A stretch of DNA of 64,000 nucleotides, taken from the NCBI GenBank assembly GCA_017535635.1, contig JAFXTU010000024.1, positions 10,517 through 74,516 of the forward strand, in the 5' to 3' direction. The stretch is from Oscillospiraceae bacterium (GTDB lineage: Bacteria > Bacillota > Clostridia > Oscillospirales > Oscillospiraceae). This document shows, piece after piece, positions 1-7,218 of the stretch; within the stretch, counting starts at the first letter, position 1, and every line of letters starts with the position of its first letter. Below the pieces are notes generated by a model. That model searched no databases. It worked only from the letters and a program-made list of their open reading frames with translations, and was not told the DNA's origin. The position numbers were made by a program, and so were the translations under genes.

Positions 1-63
1 CGGGTGTATAGAACAGCTCGTCCCGGCGGTTTGTCTGTATTCCTGCGGAAGGGAGAGGGTAAG

Positions 64-756
64 ATGCTGGTCAGCATTTACGGCGATTCGATCCTGAAAT
101 CGGTGGTCTATGAAAACGGCGCCTACCATGCCCAGCGGGACCTGGTGCGGCAGTTTTCCGAACGGTATGACGTGGAGGTGGATAACCGCTCCTATTTCGG
201 CTCCACCTCGGCAAAGGCCCTGGAGAGGCTGGAGCGGGACCTGAGCGCGAATAAGCCTTTGGGGAAATACTGCGTCATTGAATTCGGCGGCAACGACTGC
301 GCCTACGATTGGGAGGCGGTCTCCGCAGAGCCTGGGGGAGAGCATCTGCCGGTCACCGTGCCGGAGGTGTTTCGGGAGAATCTGCGCAGGCTCCTGGAGC
401 TGGTCCGCAGCCGCTGCGCCGTCCCGGTACTGACCAACCTGCCGCCCATCGACGCGAAAAAGTACTTTGCCTGGATCACCCGGCGTCTGCCTTCCCCGGA
501 TCCCATCCTGCAGTGGATCGGCAGGGTCGAGCGCTTCTACCAGCAGAACGAGTTTTATTCTCTCCTCTGCGCCCAAGTAGCCGCGGAATTCAGCGCGATC
601 TTCGCGGACATTCGCAGTCCTTTCCTGCGGGAAAACGACCTGGACGAGCTGCTCTGCGAGGATGGGATGCACCCCAACCGGGAGGGGCATCGGCGGATCT
701 TCCAGGTTTTGTGTCGTCTGTTTGAGGAAAAGGAGGGGAAATGCTGTGAAGCCTGA
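64..756 (+). CDS. SGNH/GDSL-family hydrolase
   Basis: ORF 4..756. Start moved to ATG 64 (MLVSIYGDS), just after SD GGGAGAGGG. Has the GDS block, an EFGGND block and a C-terminal DGMHPN (DxxH) block typical of SGNH hydrolases. Confidence 0.8.
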   Translation: MLVSIYGDSILKSVVYENGAYHAQRDLVRQFSERYDVEVDNRSYFGSTSAKALERLERDLSANKPLGKYCVIEFGGNDCAYDWEAVSAEPGGEHLPVTVPEVFRENLRRLLELVRSRCAVPVLTNLPPIDAKKYFAWITRRLPSPDPILQWIGRVERFYQQNEFYSLLCAQVAAEFSAIFADIRSPFLRENDLDELLCEDGMHPNREGHRRIFQVLCRLFEEKEGKCCEA

Positions 757-901
757 GGGGAGAGAAGTGGAGGCCCAGAGCTCCTGCCGGGAATTCCGCC
801 ACGGTCTCTGGTCGCTGGAGGAGGAACCCTCCGTCTGCGAAAACTGCGAATTCTACGAGAATGGCCGCTGCTTCCGGGAAACGGAAGCAGAGAACGAATA
901 A
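746..901 (+). CDS. Small acidic Cys-rich hypothetical protein (51 aa), tentative
   Basis: GTG 746 lies 7 nt after AGGAGGGG (731-738) and overlaps the upstream stop (754-756). Third codon positions are GC-rich like real genes. Cys pattern is C-x20-C-x2-C-x8-C (SVCENCEFYENGRC). No family recognised. Confidence 0.35.
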   Translation: MKPEGREVEAQSSCREFRHGLWSLEEEPSVCENCEFYENGRCFRETEAENE

Positions 902-929
902 AACACCTGCCCTCCCGTGGGAGAGCAGG
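896..929 (-). terminator. Hairpin plus T-tract downstream of the rRNA methyltransferase gene
   Basis: cctgccctccc/gggagagcagg stem (10 of 11 bp) at 906-929, followed on the minus strand by TGTTTTATT. Confidence 0.5.
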
Positions 930-956
930 CAAGGCGCGTTGACCGTCGAATGCGGG

Positions 957-2177
957 TTATACCACCTGGAATAAAAAGAATTTCAGATAATCCGTTTCCG
1001 GGACACCCCAGAGGATGGGGTGGTCCGGGGCCTGCTGCCGCTCTTCGATCTGCCGGAGGCTCACCCCGGCATCCAGGGCAGCCTCCCGCAGCATCTCCCG
1101 GAAGAGAGCTGCGGTCATGAAGTGGCTGCAGGAGCAGGTGGCCAGGTAGCCGCCCCGGGGCAGGAGCTGCATGGCCCGCCGGTTCAGCTCCCGATAGCCC
1201 CGATAGGCGCTGTCCACCGTGCGGCTGCTTTTGGTGAAGGCAGGCGGGTCCAGGATGATGTAGTCCCAGAGCTTCGGCCCTTTTGCCGCCTCCGTCAGGA
1301 GCTCAAAAACGTCGGCCTGCCGGAATTCCAGCTTTTCCTCCAGACCGTTGAGGCGCGCATTCTCATTTGCCTGCTTCAGCGCCTCGGCGGAAACGTCCAC
1401 GGCGGTGACTTTTTCAGCGCCCGCTTTGGCGGCGTTCAGGGCAAACGCCCCGGTGTGGGTAAAGCAGTCCAGGACCCGTCGCCCCGCCGCCAGACGGGCC
1501 GCCGCCGCCCGGTTGTATTTCTGGTCCAGGAAAAAGCCGGTCTTCTGCCCCCGGATGTAATCCACGTCGAAGAGAAGGCCGTTTTCCCGGATCCGGGTAT
1601 GCCCATCCAGATCGGTCTCCAGACCGGGCAGTTCGGCAAAGCCGGAGAAGGGCTCCAGCCCCTCCTTGGCCCGGAGAGAGGAGTCGCTCCGCTCATAGAT
1701 GGCGCGGACCTCCGCACCCAGAGCGTTCAGCTCTTCCACGAGAAGCCGGTAGATCAGCTCTTTGCGGCGATCTATTCCCAGGGATAATACCTCTGTGACC
1801 AGGACGTCTCCGAAGCGGTCCACCGTCAGGCCGGGAAACTGGTCCGCCTCCCCGAAAATGAGGCGGCAGGCGGCAAAGTCCTCGCCCATGACGTCTTTTC
1901 GGTAACGGATCGCATAGGCCATCCGACGGCGGAAAAAGGCCTCGTCGAAGCGGTCGTTGGTGTTGCGGGAGATGATCCGGACCCGGATCTTGGAGTGCTC
2001 GTTGATGAAACCGGAACCCAGCCACCGCCCCTTGGCGCTGAAAACATCCACGATCTCCCCGTTTTCCCAGCTGCCCTCCGCGCCGGTGATCTCCTCCCCG
2101 TAGACCCAGGGGTGCCCCTGGCGCAGGGTCCTCTCCGCCTTGGGTGTCACTTTCAGTTTCGCAAAACCTCGTTCCAT
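957..2177 (-). CDS. Class I SAM-dependent rRNA methyltransferase (PUA + methyltransferase, RlmI-like)
   Basis: ORF 957..2234. Start set at ATG 2177 (MERGFAKLKV) behind SD GGGAGG. SAM-binding block VLDCFTHTGAFALNAAKAGAEKVTAVDVS. Domain order is typical of 23S rRNA m5C methyltransferases. Confidence 0.8.
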   Translation of the reverse strand: MERGFAKLKVTPKAERTLRQGHPWVYGEEITGAEGSWENGEIVDVFSAKGRWLGSGFINEHSKIRVRIISRNTNDRFDEAFFRRRMAYAIRYRKDVMGEDFAACRLIFGEADQFPGLTVDRFGDVLVTEVLSLGIDRRKELIYRLLVEELNALGAEVRAIYERSDSSLRAKEGLEPFSGFAELPGLETDLDGHTRIRENGLLFDVDYIRGQKTGFFLDQKYNRAAAARLAAGRRVLDCFTHTGAFALNAAKAGAEKVTAVDVSAEALKQANENARLNGLEEKLEFRQADVFELLTEAAKGPKLWDYIILDPPAFTKSSRTVDSAYRGYRELNRRAMQLLPRGGYLATCSCSHFMTAALFREMLREAALDAGVSLRQIEERQQAPDHPILWGVPETDYLKFFLFQVV

Positions 2178-2253
2178 ACGCTGCCTCCCGTTCTGACTAC
2201 GGAAACGATAACACTTCCGGGGGGCGTTCGTCAAGAAAAGATAAAAACTGCGG

Positions 2254-2281
2254 TTGTATTTTCCATGCTATGTGGTACAAT
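2254..2281 (+). promoter_or_regulatory. Sigma-A-type promoter of the four-gene cassette
   Basis: TTGTAT (2254-2259), 16-nt spacer, extended -10 TGgTACAAT (2273-2281), about 33 nt upstream of ATG 2314. Confidence 0.5.
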
Positions 2282-2313
2282 ATTTTGTAGAATTCAATAA
2301 AATGGAGGTATAA

Positions 2314-3918
2314 ATGTCGAAGTCGTATTTCAACGACCTGACCGGCTCGCTCCTCCGGCGCTGGCCGGAAAAAGGCGTCCGGGAAGAGCAGATCACCGGC
2401 GCTCTCAAGACTTCTCTGAACGCCGCTGAGCTCGTCAATGCTTTGGCGGAGGTTTTCCGCCTTTCTCCCGGCGAAGTGGAGACCGCACTCTCTGAGCTGG
2501 GCCTTGGAGACCTGATCGCCCGTCAAAAACTGCAGGATGGGGAGAAGAGCAGCGCTCTGGAGCGGCAGTCTCTCTGTAAAAATGCCCCGGTCAGTCCCTT
2601 CCCGGAGCTCTTCCGGCTTGCCATGTCCCCGGATCCCTGTGCTTCCGAGCTGCCCGACGGCCTGGCCGCCTCCCTGCGGGAGCTGTCGGAGAAGGTGGCG
2701 GCGGGAGCCTCGTCGGATCCCTTCCTCCAACTCTATCACGAGGGCGTGGAGGAATACTATGCCTCGTTTATGAAGGAGACTGCCCCGCTGATCCGTGAGG
2801 AGATCGAAAGACAGTTTCCGGGGGAAAGCCTCCGCTATCTGGTGACCACCGGCATCGGCGCCAACGAGCAGTTCTGCCACTACGCGGCCGCGCTGAACAA
2901 CGCGGACCCGAAGCGGAGGCTTACCTGGCTGGTGATCCACTCTCCTCTTATGCTTCGGGATCTGCCGGAGGACGCCGCCCTGGAAAACACCCTGTTCATG
3001 GAGTTCAGCCGCTCCAGCGTCACGGAGGAGACCATCAAGCTCCACGAATATACCGACCGAAAGCTTCGGCGCATCGTCTTTTCCAACGGAGGCAATCTGA
3101 AAAAGCTGGCGGAGCGGGACGGGAACCTGGTCCTCCCCATGCCGGACCGGGTCTCCGGCCGCTTCGGGCGCAACAAGACCCCCATCCTTCTGGCCCCCAT
3201 GCTGGTCTGCGGCATGGATACGGCCGCCTACTGGAAGAAGATCGGCGAGTCCGTCCGGGTCTTCGACCTGAGCGACGGCGATTCTCTGCCTTACGTGCTG
3301 GCCCGGTTTATCCTGGCCTTCCAGAAGGCCAGAGGGACGGATTTCATCTACCTGGGTTGCAACGACGACACCCTGGGACTGCTGGCGGATGAGTTCATCC
3401 AGTTCTGGAACGAGGGCGTCAACAAGAATGAAAACGATCTGCTTACTTCCCGTTTCTTCGGCCTTCCCAGGGACAGCCACATGAACCTGGAGGGCGTTTT
3501 GGGGAACAAGCAGACCAAGCTGGGCCTCTTCCTTCTCCGGGACGATCTGCGGGGCCAGGTCCGCCATCCGCTGGTGCACGAGGAGCTGGACCCGGCGGAC
3601 GATAAGCACGCGGGCCTCTGCCTGGGGGACGAGGAGGCGATCCTCTCTCTGGCCAATTACCGCCGCTTTGCGGAGGTGATGCCGTCCCTGCTGCTCCAGG
3701 TGCGCGGAGCCCTTTCCATGGACCACTCCGCCGTGCTGGGTGAGCTGTTCAGCGATGTGACCTTCGTCTATTCCCGGCTCATGGGCATCGACCCCGGCTC
3801 CAATCCGGAGGTCAAGTTTGTGCGGGAGCGGTCCGGCGAGCTGCTGGGGCGCTTTGCGGAAGCCCTGCGGGCGGGAGGAAGGACGGCAGAGCTCTTTGGA
3901 GAGTACGCCCGTGGCTGA
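2314..3918 (+). CDS. Divergent phosphoglucose-isomerase-fold (SIS superfamily) protein, function unknown
   Basis: 534 aa with SD AATGGAGG. Blocks align to PGI signatures but are degenerate: TTGIGANEQF (cf GIGGS), EFSRSSVTEET (cf SKSGTTxE), PDRVSGRFG (cf DDVGGRYS), FWNEGVNK (cf GESEGK), GIDPGSNPEV (cf GVNPFDQPGVE). About 190 aa of N-terminal extension has no motif I recognise. Confidence 0.55.
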   Translation: MSKSYFNDLTGSLLRRWPEKGVREEQITGALKTSLNAAELVNALAEVFRLSPGEVETALSELGLGDLIARQKLQDGEKSSALERQSLCKNAPVSPFPELFRLAMSPDPCASELPDGLAASLRELSEKVAAGASSDPFLQLYHEGVEEYYASFMKETAPLIREEIERQFPGESLRYLVTTGIGANEQFCHYAAALNNADPKRRLTWLVIHSPLMLRDLPEDAALENTLFMEFSRSSVTEETIKLHEYTDRKLRRIVFSNGGNLKKLAERDGNLVLPMPDRVSGRFGRNKTPILLAPMLVCGMDTAAYWKKIGESVRVFDLSDGDSLPYVLARFILAFQKARGTDFIYLGCNDDTLGLLADEFIQFWNEGVNKNENDLLTSRFFGLPRDSHMNLEGVLGNKQTKLGLFLLRDDLRGQVRHPLVHEELDPADDKHAGLCLGDEEAILSLANYRRFAEVMPSLLLQVRGALSMDHSAVLGELFSDVTFVYSRLMGIDPGSNPEVKFVRERSGELLGRFAEALRAGGRTAELFGEYARG

Positions 3919-4372
3919 GGAACTTCGGATCACTCGGGAGAACGACCACGGGGCTTTTACGGCGCTGTACCGCGCCGCCGGACTTGAGATCGAGGAGGGA
4001 TGGGAGAAGCTCTGTCATCCGGTTTGTTCGGTATCCGCCCGCCGGGAGGGCCGGCTTTTGGGAGCGGCGACGGTTTCCCGCCGCTTTGAACGGCTGATTC
4101 TGGACTATATCGCGGTGGAGCCGGAGGCGCGGCTGATGGGCATCGGGAAAAAACTCACGGAGGCATGTAAGGCTTACGCCGCCGGGCAGGGCGCGGGGGA
4201 GCTCTGGCTGGCGGCGCGGAACCCGGGCTTCTTCCACGCCCTGCGGGCGGAGGAGACGGGGGGAGAGCTGCTTCTCTCCGAATGCCTGGGCTGCCCGGAC
4301 TATCGGGCGGGCTGTGAACCGAAGGAAATGCGTTTTGTCATCGAACCAAGCGAGGGATCTTATGAAAAATGA
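3911..4372 (+). CDS. GNAT-family N-acetyltransferase
   Basis: GTG 3911 overlaps the upstream TGA (3916-3918). GNAT core is DYIAVEPEARLMGIGKKL (R-x-x-G-x-G acyl-CoA loop). There is an extra C-terminal CLGCPDYRAGC motif. Confidence 0.75.
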   Translation: MAEELRITRENDHGAFTALYRAAGLEIEEGWEKLCHPVCSVSARREGRLLGAATVSRRFERLILDYIAVEPEARLMGIGKKLTEACKAYAAGQGAGELWLAARNPGFFHALRAEETGGELLLSECLGCPDYRAGCEPKEMRFVIEPSEGSYEK

Positions 4373-5435
4373 ATTTGTCAAGCTGAAGGCCGACCTGCTG
4401 TGCTACGGCGCCCGGGTCGAAAAGGAAACTGCGAAGCTCCTGGAGGCGGAGTACCCCCACTTCTTTGACAAGGGCTTCATCCACGCGGTGAATCTCCACA
4501 TTCGGGACGCCAACATCAACATCAGCGTAGCGGAGGAATTCTCCACAGAGTCGCCCTATCTGCTGGAATACCGGGACGGGGCCTATCGGATCACGGGAAA
4601 CGGCTGGAACGAGCCCATCACCTTCTTCCCCAAGCTGCCACATACCGGCACGGTCCTGGACGATATGGCCCGGCTCCACAGCATGACGTGCATCAACATC
4701 TGGCCCAGCACCACCTGCTGCTACGACAAGCCGGAGCTGAAATGCCAGTTCTGCTCCCTGAAGGCGGAGGACCACGCGCCCATGGACACGGGAGAGCTCG
4801 CCGACGCCCTGAAGGTGCCGCTTCCCCTGGTCCCCAAAGAGTACATCCTGAATTTCAGCGGCGGTACCTACCGGGACCCGGATTGGATGGTCCGCTACTG
4901 GATCGACCTGGCCCGGAAGATCCGGGCCTTCAGCGACGTGTCCATCACCGTGGAATTCGCCCCGCCCTCCGATCTGGGCCTCCTGCAGGAGATGAAGGAC
5001 GCCGGGATCAATGTGGTCATCATGAACCTGGAGATCGCCAACGACGAACGCCGGAAACGCATCTGCCCGGGGAAGAGCCACATCAGCTACGAGCACTACT
5101 ACGAGGCCTTCCGGGAGGGAGTCCGCATCTTCGGCTGGGGCAAGGTCTCCAGCGTCCTCATCGGCGGCATCCAGCCCAAGGAGGAGATCATGGAGGAGTG
5201 TGCGAAGATGGCCGCCATCGGGGTTTTCCCCACGGTCATGCCCTTCCGCCCCATGGACAACTGCGAGCTCTACGGCTTCGAGCGCTGCAAGCCCGAGGAA
5301 CTGGTGGAGATGGCGGAGTGCCTGGGGAGCCTGCTCCACAAGTACGCCCTGGATTTCACCCAGCAGCCCGGCTGCACGGAGTGCGGCGGCTGCAGCCTGG
5401 AGAACGACTGCTATATGCGTCAGAAGAAGGAATAA
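4362..5435 (+). CDS. Radical-SAM-like enzyme with non-canonical Cys motif
   Basis: ATG 4362 overlaps the GNAT stop (4370-4372). Has TTCCYDKPELKCQFCS (CC-x7-C-x2-C) instead of CxxxCxxC. Also has NFSGGTYRD (GGE-like), VIMNLEIAN (NLET-like) and a C-terminal C-x2-C-x2-C-x5-C (PGCTECGGCSLENDC). Confidence 0.65.
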   Translation: MKNEFVKLKADLLCYGARVEKETAKLLEAEYPHFFDKGFIHAVNLHIRDANINISVAEEFSTESPYLLEYRDGAYRITGNGWNEPITFFPKLPHTGTVLDDMARLHSMTCINIWPSTTCCYDKPELKCQFCSLKAEDHAPMDTGELADALKVPLPLVPKEYILNFSGGTYRDPDWMVRYWIDLARKIRAFSDVSITVEFAPPSDLGLLQEMKDAGINVVIMNLEIANDERRKRICPGKSHISYEHYYEAFREGVRIFGWGKVSSVLIGGIQPKEEIMEECAKMAAIGVFPTVMPFRPMDNCELYGFERCKPEELVEMAECLGSLLHKYALDFTQQPGCTECGGCSLENDCYMRQKKE

Positions 5436-5439
5436 GAAG

Positions 5440-6537
5440 ATGAAATACAGAGTCGCAGAGTATTATCCTCAATTTGCCTGTAAGTGCGGCGAATGTCGGG
5501 CCAGCTGCTGTTCCGGCTGGCCGGTGACCATCCGTAAGGACGAGTATGACCGGATCATGGAGGCGCCCGCGAGCCCGGAATACCGGGAGGAGCTGAAGGC
5601 CGCCCTCCGGCTGAACTTTGCCCCGGAGGATGCTCGGTACGCCCACATCGTCCATGGAAAAAGCGGCCATTGCCTGCTTCAACGGGAGGATGGACTTTGC
5701 GGCCTGCAGCTTGCGCTGGGGGAGGCGGTGCTCCCCGACGTGTGCCGCCTCTACCCCAGGAACCGGCGGCTCGTGGGCGGGGGAGCGGAGTGTGCCCTGA
5801 GCATGAGCTGCGAGGGCGTGGTGGAGCTGCTGCTCTCCTCCCGGGAGCCCTTGCGTCTGATCGAGACGGAGCTCGGGGAAGAACCGCTGTTTTCCATCGA
5901 CATGACGGAGGAGCAGAAGACCCGCTGCCGCCGCGCCCTGGAGCTCATTTCGGATCGCACAATGACCATCCCGGAGCGCTTTTCCCGGATGGGGGAGGAG
6001 CTCTTCGACTGCGTATCCGTCTGCGGGGAAACGGAGGGGCGTCTGGAAGGGGTGCGCATGCTCCACAAGCTGACCCAGGACCAGAGCGGAAAAAACAAGG
6101 TCGCCGGGGTCCTGTGCTCCCATGCCTTGGCCTGCTTCGGCCTGGAACGGAAGGATAAGCTCTCCCAAGTGGAGGCGGAGGAACTGCTGCGGCGGTATGA
6201 CGAGGCCGGGGCCGCCGTCTGGGGCCGCTGGCCGGACTGGACCGCGTTCGCGGACCGCCTCCTGGCCAACCATATGTTCTATAACAGCTTCCCCCATGTG
6301 GGCGGCACCAGCGACGGAGCGCGGGCCTTTGAAGGGCTTTGCGCCGTCTATGCCTTCGTGAAGTTTGTGACGGTGGGGAACCTCCTGCACCGGGAAGGCC
6401 GGGAGCCGTTGGCGGACGTCCTGGGCGAGCTGGGACGGATGATCGAGCACTCCGATTTCAAATACCGAGCCGCCCAGGCCTACCGGCGGCAGAGCGAATA
6501 CGCCCCCGGCTACTGGCGGCAGCTTACCGGCCTCTGA
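5440..6537 (+). CDS. FliB-like (flagellin lysine-N-methylase family) / YkgJ-type Cys-cluster protein
   Basis: ATG 5440 lies 4 nt after the upstream TAA, with SD GAAGGA. The N-terminus YYPQFACKCGECRASCCSGWPVTIRKDEYDRI matches the CxxCxxxCC-GW signature of this family. The longer ORF 5200..6537 overlaps the previous gene and was trimmed. Confidence 0.65.
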   Translation: MKYRVAEYYPQFACKCGECRASCCSGWPVTIRKDEYDRIMEAPASPEYREELKAALRLNFAPEDARYAHIVHGKSGHCLLQREDGLCGLQLALGEAVLPDVCRLYPRNRRLVGGGAECALSMSCEGVVELLLSSREPLRLIETELGEEPLFSIDMTEEQKTRCRRALELISDRTMTIPERFSRMGEELFDCVSVCGETEGRLEGVRMLHKLTQDQSGKNKVAGVLCSHALACFGLERKDKLSQVEAEELLRRYDEAGAAVWGRWPDWTAFADRLLANHMFYNSFPHVGGTSDGARAFEGLCAVYAFVKFVTVGNLLHREGREPLADVLGELGRMIEHSDFKYRAAQAYRRQSEYAPGYWRQLTGL

Positions 6538-6577
6538 ATCGCTTCGGAAAGAACAGCCCTGGTTTCCTTTGGGATCA

Positions 6578-6606
6578 TTGACTTTTGTTCCCTCCGGTGC
6601 TATTCT
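6578..6606 (+). promoter_or_regulatory. Candidate promoter for tRNA-Leu
   Basis: TTGACT (6578-6583), 17-nt spacer, TATTCT (6601-6606). Confidence 0.4.
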
Positions 6607-6669
6607 TTTTTGGCAGGGTCAAGGGGAAGGAAAGCGGATCGGTTCGATTTCCTTCTCCGGCTTTTCCGG

Positions 6670-6753
6670 GCCGGCGTGGCGGAATTGGCAGACGCAGGGG
6701 ACTTAAAATCCCCCGGTGGAAACACTGTGCGGGTTCGAGCCCCGCCGCCGGCA
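6670..6753 (+). tRNA. tRNA-Leu (anticodon UAA), type II with long variable arm
   Basis: Hand-folded. Acceptor GCCGGCG/CGCCGGC, anticodon stem GGGGA/TCCCC with loop CTTAAAA, long variable arm, T arm GCGGG-TTCGAGC-CCCGC, discriminator A. CCA is not encoded. Confidence 0.9.
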
Positions 6754-6758
6754 TGATC

Positions 6759-6796
6759 GTCGGAGCGGACTGCACATCGTTCGCTCCGACCTTTTT
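6759..6796 (+). terminator. Rho-independent terminator after tRNA-Leu
   Basis: gtcggagcg/cgctccgac 9-bp stem followed by CTTTTT. Confidence 0.75.
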
Positions 6797-6835
6797 CATA
6801 GGTCAGAGCTCGCTCGTTCCGTCGCTCCTCCTCCC

Positions 6836-6933
6836 AAAATGCGAGCACCCGCTTCGCTCCATAAGTTCGCGTTTCCAAATCAGAGATTTGGACGCTCACT
6901 TAACTCGCTGCGCTGGACTCGCATTTTGTTTTT
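6836..6933. other. About 98-nt imperfect rod-like hairpin element between the two tRNA genes
   Basis: Outer stem AAAATGCGAG (6836-6845) / CTCGCATTTT (6918-6927) followed by GTTTTT. Inner stems are TCCAAATC-AGA-GATTTGGA (6874-6892), GCG/CGC and TAAGT/ACTTA. Contains one CGCTTCGCT copy (6850-6858). Confidence 0.45.
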
Positions 6934-7024
6934 GAAAGAGCGGAGGCGCTTTCTCCGATCCCGCAGGTAAAAACGGAATTCTGTTCAAATGGGGGAGAAT
7001 TCAGCACAATGGGAGAAATACATC

Positions 7025-7054
7025 TTGACGGCAGGGAGTACTCTGTGGTAAAAT
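7025..7054 (+). promoter_or_regulatory. Candidate promoter for tRNA-Pro
   Basis: TTGACG (7025-7030), 18-nt spacer, TAAAAT (7049-7054), 18 nt upstream of the tRNA. Confidence 0.4.
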
Positions 7055-7072
7055 TCCTTTTGTGATATTCAG

Positions 7073-7149
7073 CGGGGTGTGGCGAAGTTTGGTATCGCGC
7101 ATGGTTCGGGACCATGAGGCCGCGGGTTCAAGTCCCGCCACTCCGACCA
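7073..7149 (+). tRNA. tRNA-Pro (anticodon CGG), CCA encoded
   Basis: Hand-folded 77 nt. Acceptor CGGGGTG/CACTCCG (C1-G72, typical of bacterial tRNA-Pro), anticodon stem CATGG/CCATG with loop TTCGGGA, T arm GCGGG-TTCAAGT-CCCGC, A73, CCA. Confidence 0.9.
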
Positions 7150-7156
7150 ATCAACG

Positions 7157-7194
7157 AAAAAGCTCCGGCAGGGGAGTACCCTGTCGGAGCTTTT
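7157..7194. terminator. Bidirectional terminator (tRNA-Pro / acyl-CoA synthetase)
   Basis: AAAAAGCTCCGGCAGGG-gagta-CCCTGTCGGAGCTTTT. The 12-13 bp stem is flanked by an A-tract and a T-tract. Confidence 0.75.
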
Positions 7195-7218
7195 CATCAT
7201 GGTAAAAACGCGGGTCGT

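Noticed and set aside
5200-5439. N-terminal extensions offered by the ORF track (5200-5439 for the FliB-like gene, 26251-26490 for SBP paralogue B, 47584-47760 for trpA, 48761-49171 for trpB, 53236-53361 for trpE)
   Set aside because: The extensions overlap the upstream gene or leader, are Pro/Arg/Gly-rich, and lack an SD. The internal ATGs have good SDs and give canonical N-termini.
6614-6669. tRNA-like fragment (GGTTCGA T-loop-like sequence inside the hairpin GAAGGAAA...TTTCCTTC) upstream of tRNA-Leu
   Set aside because: No acceptor, D or anticodon arms can be drawn. It is most simply a 5' leader hairpin of the tRNA-Leu precursor.
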